This document shows positions 56,409 to 64,000 of a stretch of 64,000 nt of DNA, piece after piece. Each line of letters opens with the position of its first letter. The stretch's first letter is position 1. Below the pieces are notes generated by a model. That model did not search any database. It worked only from the letters and a program-made list of their open reading frames with translations, and was not told where the DNA came from. Source of the stretch: a virus. The stretch covers positions 33,543 through 97,542 of IMG/VR virus record IMGVR_UViG_3300046779_002131; one strand, written 5' to 3'. A program made the translations under genes and the position numbers.

Positions 56409-58667
56409 TTAGAGTCGTCCTACAACAATTTCAATTATGCCTTTATCACCATCAAACGACTCAACGGCTTTACCTATAACTGATCCAATCTTTGGATTGC
56501 TTTCGGATCTAGCATATCCATCAAATGTCGAAACCATTAAATCGCCTTTCTTTACCGACCCCCGAACAGCACAAGGAACTCTGCCCAACAATGCTACCAT
56601 TATCACATGTTCCCCTTGTAGTCCGTCATTCATTCTAAATGCTGGGTCAGTTGAAACTACACCTGCTACTCTTACATCTGCATCGCTGCTGGATTTAGTG
56701 ACTTCTTCTGATCCACCAAATACCACCACAGTGCCTGGAGAATAGTGTGCATCGGCTTGATAACGTTCGGCAATATCCGCATATTGTGCTGATGTTGCCT
56801 TGGCAAACACTGTATCAAAATAAGTTGTTGAACTGCCAATGTTGCCTACACCGTTGCCACTGCCATTGAGAATATTACCAACTGTGGCACTGCCAGTGGA
56901 AATGTTAAGCGATGCACCATATAGTCCAGCAGTGGTAGTAACAGTATTGGCATTGATGTTGCCTGTGACATTTAGAGTAGTGGTAATGTTTCCGGTTAAT
57001 GCTGTTGTTCCTGAAACGCTTAAATTACCTGTGATATTAGCACCACCGCTGCTGAATACAACAACATTTGAAGTACCGGCTACGCCGACGGTGATGTTAC
57101 CACCGGAACTTACAACAGTTACATTTGATGTGCCAAAGTTAATATTGGCTACACTGGTAATAACTCCAGTTAAAAAATAACCGTTACCAAGAACATAGTC
57201 TCCTGAGATGTTTCCAGTTGCGCTGATATTTCCTGTTGACGAAAATGCATTGGTTGTTTTGTTAAATGTCAATCCTGATGTTGAATTGGCAGCACCGCTG
57301 TCGTTAAACACTACACCAGTATTGGGTCCAGATACAACCAGCGTACCCGAAACGTTACCAATAATGTTACCCAGAAAGTACGGAGCAGTGACATTACCAG
57401 TGGCATCTATTGTACCAGTGATTGCTGTCCCAGATGAAGAAATTACTACAGTATTTGATGTGCCAGTTGTACTAATTGCTACATTACCATTGGCATAAAC
57501 TCTTACATTGCTATTACCATTTGAAATTAATGTAGTATCAATTCCTGTTAGTAATCTACCATTACCAAGAAAGTAGTTTCCAGATATATTACCGCTTGTG
57601 GTGATGTTTCCTGAAGCATCTAAGGTTGTAATTCCAGTGACTTCGCCGGCTAATGTTAAATTTTGTCCACTGATATTGCCGTTGGCTGTGAGATTTACAC
57701 CATAGATATTGTTATTGACAGCATCAACTAATATTGAGCTATCATCGCCAACCACAGTGCCTTTTAGATCGCCTACAAACCCTGCGTTTGCTGTCACAGT
57801 ACGGAATGCAGGATTTGTATCAACTGAGAAATAAACTGTTCTTGAAGTGTTGTTGCCAGTCATTACAATGTTATTGCTGACAACAAATGATAAAGTATCG
57901 TTAGGTGATGTTGCAATAACTGATGTGCCGTTGGCATTGACAATATTAAAAATATTAGCAGGAGCAGCAGTCACACCTGTAAGCTGTGATCCATTACCAA
58001 TAAAATAAGGAGCAGCAACGTTGCCTGTGATATTGGTATTACCAGCTACGCTGACCAAACCAGAATTCGCTGAAAAACCTGTTACACTTAGCAGTGTGCC
58101 AGTGCCAACAATATTACCATTTGTAGCTGAAAAGCCTGTGGCTGTAATAGACGTCCCGTTGGCAATGATATTGCCAGTGGCTAGAATGTTTGCTGCTGCA
58201 ACATTTCCTGTGACGTTGAGTTGTGCGTTAGTGATGTTACCAGTGACCAGCATGTCACTGGTACGAATGTTGTTGACGATGTTTAGATTGCCGCCAACTA
58301 AGTTTCCAGATGCTGTGACAGTCACAGCAGTGACACCGCCTAAACTTTGAATAGTACCATTTGCTACAACAGTTCCCGAAGCAGTGATATTACCCACTGC
58401 GGTAGTACCAGAAATATTGGCATTTCCAGTTACTTGTAGCCCGCTTGAAGTTACTACGATAACGTTGGCAACGTTGCTCACACTCATAATAATTGAGCTG
58501 TTTGCCAACGGAATAGAAACGTTAGAAGTACCGTTAGCAATACCAGTAATACCCGAAATTGCAAACAGGGTACTGAAATTGTTGTTGGTTTTGATAAAGG
58601 CGGTTCTTAACGGATCGCCGTTGCCATCGTTGGGTGCTTCACCTATATTGATAATCTCTTGGCTCAT
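56409..58667 (-). CDS. Tail fibre/spike protein with C-terminal autocleavage/chaperone-like domain
   Basis: INIGEAPNDGNGDPLRTAF.K.N.NF N-terminus; GNI/TGN repeats; AQYADIAERY.AD..Y.PGTVV.FGG...ALLGRVPC.V.G. Confidence 0.8.
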   Translation of the reverse strand: MSQEIINIGEAPNDGNGDPLRTAFIKTNNNFSTLFAISGITGIANGTSNVSIPLANSSIIMSVSNVANVIVVTSSGLQVTGNANISGTTAVGNITASGTVVANGTIQSLGGVTAVTVTASGNLVGGNLNIVNNIRTSDMLVTGNITNAQLNVTGNVAAANILATGNIIANGTSITATGFSATNGNIVGTGTLLSVTGFSANSGLVSVAGNTNITGNVAAPYFIGNGSQLTGVTAAPANIFNIVNANGTSVIATSPNDTLSFVVSNNIVMTGNNTSRTVYFSVDTNPAFRTVTANAGFVGDLKGTVVGDDSSILVDAVNNNIYGVNLTANGNISGQNLTLAGEVTGITTLDASGNITTSGNISGNYFLGNGRLLTGIDTTLISNGNSNVRVYANGNVAISTTGTSNTVVISSSGTAITGTIDATGNVTAPYFLGNIIGNVSGTLVVSGPNTGVVFNDSGAANSTSGLTFNKTTNAFSSTGNISATGNISGDYVLGNGYFLTGVITSVANINFGTSNVTVVSSGGNITVGVAGTSNVVVFSSGGANITGNLSVSGTTALTGNITTTLNVTGNINANTVTTTAGLYGASLNISTGSATVGNILNGSGNGVGNIGSSTTYFDTVFAKATSAQYADIAERYQADAHYSPGTVVVFGGSEEVTKSSSDADVRVAGVVSTDPAFRMNDGLQGEHVIMVALLGRVPCAVRGSVKKGDLMVSTFDGYARSESNPKIGSVIGKAVESFDGDKGIIEIVVGRL

Positions 58668-58741
58668 ATTTTGATATCCTTGTAGATATTTACCACTTTT
58701 ACTAGGCTCATTCTGCCAAGTTTGATGCCCCGTAATCTAGG

Positions 58742-58748
58742 ATAAATA
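58742..58748 (+). promoter_or_regulatory. T4-like late promoter motif (ATAAATA); the TAAATA core recurs upstream of many genes
   Basis: Also on the minus strand at about 1997, 6393, 8252, 22576, 23549, 25199, 26199, 29154, 33035, 41941, 45530, 50152 and 58687, and on the plus strand at about 45642. Confidence 0.6.
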
Positions 58749-58768
58749 CCCTAAAATCGGAGAATCTA

Positions 58769-61048
58769 ATGGCTTATGTAGTAAAAAATACACGCGGACA
58801 AACAGTTGCTACTGTTCTAACAGGGACGACAAATACCACCGCTACAGATCTTACACTCATAGGTCAAAATGTCGTAGAGTACGGTTTAGATCAAAACGAA
58901 AACTTTGTCTATGTTTTAGAAAACTTTGCCAACACAACACCGCCCCTTCAACCATTGCAAGGACAAATTTGGTTTAACACCGACAGCAATACTCTTACAT
59001 TTCGAGACATTAGCAACACATGGACTGCTTTGGCTAGCCAAAGCTATGTGCAAGCTCAAAAAATTTCGCCTGCTTTTACCGGAGTTCCCACTGCGCCCAC
59101 TGCGGCCACAGGAACCGCAACCACGCAGATTGCTTCGACTGCGTTTGTTGCAAATGCAGTTGGTAATATCAATCTTACCCCTTATGCTCAGCTAGCAGGT
59201 GCTAGTTTTACTGGTAACGTAGCGGGTCCAACTGCACCACAAGGTACCAACACAACTCAGTTGGCCACTACACAATTCGTACAGACAACTTTTGCAAATA
59301 CCACAGCATCATTATATGTAACTATTCAAGATGGATACATGTTGGGCAACGCAACTGCTCCAACTGTGGGGAACATTCAAGACAGCAGCAATCTCATAGC
59401 CACAACAGCGTGGGTACAAAATATGTACAACGATGTTAACTATTCAAAATACGTGGCTAAAATCAATGGTGAAATGTTTGGTATTCCCACCGCTCCCACA
59501 GCAGCCAACGCAACCAACAGCACACAGATTGCAACCACTGCTTTTGTACAAAATTTAGTTGGTAATATTGATCTATCACCTTATGCAACAAAAAATAACG
59601 CTGTGCTCACCGGAGTTCCCACAGCACCCACAGCTTCATCAGTAACAAGCAGTAATCAACTGGCCACTACACAATTTGTACAGCTACAAAAGATTTCTCC
59701 AGATTTTACTGGAACTCCAACTGCACCTACTGCAACCACCGGCACCAATACCACACAAATAGCCACAACAGCTTTTGTTAAAACAGCAGTTGATGCAGTG
59801 GCAAACAATACAGTCACTGAGCTAGCTGGATCTATGAAAATGTGGCCATCAGCAACGCCACCTGCTAATTGGGCACTGTGTAATGGTCAGGCTGTGAGCA
59901 GAACAACCTATGCTACTTTGTTTGCTAAAATTGGCACAGCATATGGCTCGGGTGATGGTTCAACAACATTTAATTTGCCAGATTTTAGAGATCGAATGCC
60001 AATGGGCGCCGGAAGTGCCTACAATGCCGGATCCACAGGTGGATATGCCGATGCAGCAGTGATTAGTCATACACACCCAGTATCGTCGTCAGTGACAATG
60101 AATGATCCTGGACATAGTCATAACAATGTATTACAGGCTACCAGCGACAACGTGCAGCGACGTGTGACATTGAATCGAGCTATTGGTCCCAGCGGCACTG
60201 ATGCTATTGGTAGTAACTATGGCCGAAACACTGACAACGCAACCACTGGTATAAGTGCATCTGTAAATGTGTCACTGTCAGCGCCGGCTGGATCAGTGTC
60301 AGGTACTGGACGTAACTTGCCCCCATACCTAGGCGCATATTGGATTATAAAACTCAGTGATGATGGATCTGGTGGCGGAACTCTACAAGCCGGCGCTGGT
60401 ATTGATATAACCACTGCTGGTGCGTATTCTACAATCACTAATACCGGTGTCAAGACTCTAACTGCTGGAACCGGAATAAGTGTTACTGGTGCCAATGGTA
60501 ACCTAACAATTACCAATACAGGCTCAGCACCAACACTGGTTGCTGGCACTGGCATCAATATTACTCAAGTTGGACAAACTTATACATTTACCAACACAGT
60601 TTCAGCTATTCCTGTAATTGCTGGGGTTGGTACCACTGTAACCAATACACCCGGCGGTGCCATTGTCAATGCCAATGTTGCTAGTTTACAGGCTGGAACT
60701 GGAATCACGGTCAGTAACGATAGCGGAACATGGACTATCAATGCTCCTGGGTCAGGCTCGGCAAGCCTAGGAACATCAGGCTGGCAGGAATTTCCATCAG
60801 GATTGATTATGCAGTGGGGTGTTGGAACTATATCAAATACCAACTCAACTACCTTAGTGACATTCCCAAGAGCTTTTCCAAATAATCTCTGGAATGTACA
60901 ACTAACTTTTAGACAAACTGGCGCTGGTGCTTCGGGTATTCTAACTACTAATCCTAGCACCCTTGGTTTATCAAATATGACAGTGTATCGGATTAGTACA
61001 CTTAACACAACAGCAATAACTTTTTGGTGGCAGGCATTAGGAAATTAA
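58769..61048 (+). CDS. Tail fibre protein with tail-collar domain
   Basis: Six PTAPT...QIATTAFV repeats; collar motif W.LCNGQAVSRTTYA.LF..IGT.YG.GDGSTTFNLPD.R; C-terminal GW...PSGLIMQWG...FPRAFPN. Confidence 0.88.
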   Translation: MAYVVKNTRGQTVATVLTGTTNTTATDLTLIGQNVVEYGLDQNENFVYVLENFANTTPPLQPLQGQIWFNTDSNTLTFRDISNTWTALASQSYVQAQKISPAFTGVPTAPTAATGTATTQIASTAFVANAVGNINLTPYAQLAGASFTGNVAGPTAPQGTNTTQLATTQFVQTTFANTTASLYVTIQDGYMLGNATAPTVGNIQDSSNLIATTAWVQNMYNDVNYSKYVAKINGEMFGIPTAPTAANATNSTQIATTAFVQNLVGNIDLSPYATKNNAVLTGVPTAPTASSVTSSNQLATTQFVQLQKISPDFTGTPTAPTATTGTNTTQIATTAFVKTAVDAVANNTVTELAGSMKMWPSATPPANWALCNGQAVSRTTYATLFAKIGTAYGSGDGSTTFNLPDFRDRMPMGAGSAYNAGSTGGYADAAVISHTHPVSSSVTMNDPGHSHNNVLQATSDNVQRRVTLNRAIGPSGTDAIGSNYGRNTDNATTGISASVNVSLSAPAGSVSGTGRNLPPYLGAYWIIKLSDDGSGGGTLQAGAGIDITTAGAYSTITNTGVKTLTAGTGISVTGANGNLTITNTGSAPTLVAGTGINITQVGQTYTFTNTVSAIPVIAGVGTTVTNTPGGAIVNANVASLQAGTGITVSNDSGTWTINAPGSGSASLGTSGWQEFPSGLIMQWGVGTISNTNSTTLVTFPRAFPNNLWNVQLTFRQTGAGASGILTTNPSTLGLSNMTVYRISTLNTTAITFWWQALGN

Positions 61049-61061
61049 ATCGGAGTTTTAA

Positions 61062-62348
61062 ATGGCATATATTATTAACGATAGTCGTGGACAAATAGTA
61101 GCTATCATCCCTGATGGCACTATTGACACCACGAGCACACCACTGCAACTTGTTGGACGTGGTGTTACTGAATATGGGGTTCCAGAAAACGAAAACTATG
61201 TTTTCTTACTGGAAAACTTTGCCAAGGATACAGCTCCGGTAAATCCAATTCAAGGACAACTGTGGTTTAACATTGCCAACAATGTAATGTCAGTTCGAAG
61301 CAATGTAAACACTTGGCTGGGCCTAGCATCACAAGATTACGTACAAGCACAAAAAATATCACCGGTTTTTACTGGTGTTCCATTGGCACCAACTGCCAAT
61401 GCCGGTACTAACACTGCTCAGATAGCAACAACGGCTTTTGTACAAGATAACAAAGTGTCGCCAGTGTTTACTGGATATCCGTTGTCACCGACTCCGGCTC
61501 GTGGTGCAACAACAAATCAAATTGCCACTGCTGAATTTGTCACAAATAGTGTGTTACTACAAGGTGTGCCCGAAGCACCCACTGCTGCGTTTGGTACTAG
61601 CAATACACAAATTGCTACCACAGCATTTGTGCAAGGTGAAAAAGCTTCGCCAACATTTACTGGCGTGCCACAGGCACCTACTGCGCCGCGTGGAACAAGC
61701 AACAATCAGATCGCAACAACTGCATTTGTAAGTGAGAGTCCAATTTTCAATGGCACTCCCGAAGCACCCACAGCAGCACCTGGTACTGGCAACACACAAA
61801 TTGCTACCACTGGATTTGTTACAAATAGTGTTCAACTGTTAGGCATTCCCACAGCACCTACTGCCGCAGCCGGAACCAACACAACACAGATTGCTACAAC
61901 TGAGTTTGTTGCTAATTCAGTTCAACTATTTGGAACACCCACTGCACCAACACCAGGCCCCAATGATAACTCGACAAAAATTGCAACCACGCAGTTTGTT
62001 CAAGCGCAAAAAGCAAACATTGTTCTCACTGGTATACCATTGGCACCTACTCCTGACGGAACAATTTTTAATCAAATTGCCACTGTTAACTTTGTAGCTA
62101 CCAGTATTGGTAATATTGATCTAACCATCAAAGCCAATGTCGCAAGCCCAGTGCTGACAGGAATTCCTCAAGCTCCAACTCCGGTGAATTCTACCAATTC
62201 AGAACAGATTGCAACTACTAGATTTGTAAAAAATGTTGCTGCAAGTGATTACAATTTATGGCAAGGATCACATCGTTATATTTCTACAAGCGATCCAGAC
62301 CCTGGCACTGGAGTCAACGGAGACTTCTGGTTTAAATATCAACCCTAA
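61062..62348 (+). CDS. Tail fibre protein (repeat-rich)
   Basis: N-terminus paralogous to the upstream gene (ENFA...P..P.QGQ.WF); nine G.P.APT...QIATT.FV repeats. Confidence 0.85.
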   Translation: MAYIINDSRGQIVAIIPDGTIDTTSTPLQLVGRGVTEYGVPENENYVFLLENFAKDTAPVNPIQGQLWFNIANNVMSVRSNVNTWLGLASQDYVQAQKISPVFTGVPLAPTANAGTNTAQIATTAFVQDNKVSPVFTGYPLSPTPARGATTNQIATAEFVTNSVLLQGVPEAPTAAFGTSNTQIATTAFVQGEKASPTFTGVPQAPTAPRGTSNNQIATTAFVSESPIFNGTPEAPTAAPGTGNTQIATTGFVTNSVQLLGIPTAPTAAAGTNTTQIATTEFVANSVQLFGTPTAPTPGPNDNSTKIATTQFVQAQKANIVLTGIPLAPTPDGTIFNQIATVNFVATSIGNIDLTIKANVASPVLTGIPQAPTPVNSTNSEQIATTRFVKNVAASDYNLWQGSHRYISTSDPDPGTGVNGDFWFKYQP

Positions 62349-62353
62349 ACACA

Positions 62354-64000
62354 ATGGCAATTTATAGAAGAGTTTTTCCTTATGTAGCAGGTACACAGAC
62401 TTTTACCATGCCTTATGGCTATGATAAGAAAGTAACTTATCATGTCTGGGCTGGTGGAGGTGGTGCTGGTGGTGACAGCAATGATATACAAGCCGGTAGT
62501 GGTACCGCTGGAACTTATACCACAGGACAGTTTTATGCCAACCCTGGAGATCAGATCACTGTTGTCACAGGCCAAGGTGGGCAAGAAGGTATAAGATTAG
62601 AATCCAACAAAAAACTTTTTAATTGTACAATTTCTGGAAATGGTTCCAGCGGTGTTGGCCCCACTGCTAGTTACGGATGGGTAAACGATCCCACTGTAGC
62701 CGCTTATCCTGAATATAACAGTCCACTGGGAACTAGAACATTTAGTTCCTGGACTGCTTTTATGAATGCCTGGGCTGTGAGTGATTTGGCAAACAATCAA
62801 CCTGGCACCGAAGAAGTTTATAACGACATTTATTTTCCCGAAGCAGGAAGTTATACAATTCAAATTGCCGGGGATAACTCTATAGATGTTTGGTTTAGAG
62901 ATCAAGTTGTTGCTACAAAAGTAACAAACTTTAAAACAGATCCAGTTTCAAAATCAATTTCAGTGCCCAGTCCCGGTGTCTATCAACTCAGATATATCTT
63001 AACCAATCTTGCTGGATCAAGTGGTAACCCCGCAGGTGCTGCAATAGTAATTACAAAAAGCACGCCAGGATCAATGGGCGGTGGAGCAGTACAGACTTAT
63101 CCCGGCGGTGTTTCTACAAAAAATATCATATGGTCAACACGCTATGGTCGAGGTATTGACGTAAGCAATCGTGTTCCAATTGTATATGCACCTGTGGTAA
63201 ATTTCTATCAACCTCAAAGTGGGTACGATTATGGTGGAATTCCAGACTGTGGCTTAGTATTTGTCAGTGCCGCAAGCACATGGACTTCAGACGAACTTGC
63301 TAAATTAAATCTTAGTTTGGACCGAGTAATCACTATATCATATCCGGTAAAAATTACCGGCGTTGGAAATATAGATCAGGTAGTGGCCAGCGGATATTAT
63401 ACATTTTCTCGAGGTCAGACTTGGCAATTGGCACGCTATAATTGGCTAGGAAACCCTGGCGCCAATACCAACCTAACAGGAAGAGGATCAGGGACACCTG
63501 CTAACTGGACTGAAAAACAATGGTATAATGACAATCGCAGTGGCCGAAGTAATAATGTTACATTTGCGTCATGGGAATTGCCAGTGCCGGCCGACAATCA
63601 AATGTTTATTGTAGGCTATGCAGATGGTGTAATCTACAATGCCCCAAGCCAACGTGGCAGTGACAATGTTCGCTGGACAGCCAATTCTACTTTTGGACAA
63701 CAGTATGCTGGTGGCCAAGGTGGTGCCAGTGCCAAAGGTGTTGGTGTTGCTCGAACAAATTTCTTTGGTGGTTGGGGAGGCCAAATTGGCTCAGGAAAAA
63801 CTTCTGGCGGTGGCGGTGGCGGTGGCGGTGCAAGTTTATTGCTGTGGAAGCCAGCCACTGCATCTAGACCATCTGTTGTAACTATTGCCGGAGGTGGGGC
63901 TGGAGGTGGTGGCGCAGGATTTACTGATCAAGGCAGCGACGGGCATGGTGAATTTGTAGCCGGTACATCTTACCCCAACACCGCAGGAGCAGGTTTGTAT
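62354..64000 (+). CDS. Gly-rich tail-associated protein (3' truncated by window edge)
   Basis: Manual: MAIYRRVFPYVAGTQTFTMPYG...VWAGGGGAGG...GQGGQ; the window also ends in Gly-rich codons (GGGAGGGGAG). Frame continuity was not checked codon by codon. Confidence 0.75.
   Translation, partial: MAIYRRVFPYVAGTQTFTMPYGYDKKVTYHVWAGGGGAGGDSNDIQAGSGTAGTYTTGQFYANPGDQITVVTGQGGQEGIRLESNKKLFNCTISGNGSSGVGPTASYGWVNDPTVAAYPEYNSPLGTRTFSSWTAFMNAWAVSDLANNQPGTEEVYNDIYFPEAGSYTIQIAGDNSIDVWFRDQVVATKVTNFKTDPVSKSISVPSPGVYQLRYILTNLAGSSGNPAGAAIVITKSTPGSMGGGAVQTYPGGVSTKNIIWSTRYGRGIDVSNRVPIVYAPVVNFYQPQSGYDYGGIPDCGLVFVSAASTWTSDELAKLNLSLDRVITISYPVKITGVGNIDQVVASGYYTFSRGQTWQLARYNWLGNPGANTNLTGRGSGTPANWTEKQWYNDNRSGRSNNVTFASWELPVPADNQMFIVGYADGVIYNAPSQRGSDNVRWTANSTFGQQYAGGQGGASAKGVGVARTNFFGGWGGQIGSGKTSGGGGGGGGASLLLWKPATASRPSVVTIAGGGAGGGGAGFTDQGSDGHGEFVAGTSYPNTAGAGLY

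Noticed and set aside
3005-63881. Numerous 60-140 aa ORFs antisense to or nested in long genes (e.g. 3325-3603, 12363-12755, 27235-27555, 56839-57180, 60580-61008, 62345-62905, 63569-63881)
   Set aside because: They are shadows of real genes on the opposite strand or frame, with no RBS or motifs.
1-64000. Stop-codon reassignment as seen in some large phages
   Set aside because: Genes are long and densely packed under the standard code, and TAG and TGA both end genes at sensible positions.
1-64000. Bacterial chromosome or eukaryotic giant-virus origin (because of clpA, dnaJ, dps, RFC)
   Set aside because: Tail fibres, holin/endolysin/spanins, TAAATA late promoters and gene density indicate a tailed phage.

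Overview
This 64 kb window is part of a large T4-like (myovirus/jumbo-type) dsDNA phage genome. It uses the standard genetic code, genes are mostly on the minus strand, and the host is probably Gram-negative (spanins, Tat signals). No rRNA, tRNA, CRISPR array or IS element was recognised. It contains: (i) 2-37 kb, a long block of probable head-packaged (internal/ejected) proteins, interspersed with Dps, radical SAM, glycosyl-/methyl-/cytidylyltransferase, ClpA, DnaJ and lysis genes; (ii) 36-47 kb, an auxiliary modification cluster (sulfotransferase-like, cupin, GATase, diiron ferritin-like, 2OG-oxygenase-like, methyltransferase) plus PhoH; (iii) 47-51 kb, clamp loader, TagD-like, PLP enzyme, GroES and a DnaE fragment; (iv) 51-64 kb, baseplate and tail-fibre genes. 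The most striking pattern is a candidate modular virion-cargo system. About 13-15 unrelated ORFs share an N-terminal tag resembling the T4 capsid-targeting sequence (M-R/K-x-x-E/D-F/I/L-x-x-E). Several are polyproteins whose modules are separated by Glu-ending linkers (GVAE/GMAE/LNE). Four GVAE/GMAE linkers share a nucleotide-conserved 15-mer, AAGGT(G/A)TGGCGGAA. The putative cargo includes three amidoligases with a gamma-glutamylcyclotransferase, a T7 gp0.7-like kinase, a nucleotidyltransferase, ParB-like domains and two proteins with Tat signals hidden behind the tag. All family calls come from motifs recognised by eye; no database searches were run.
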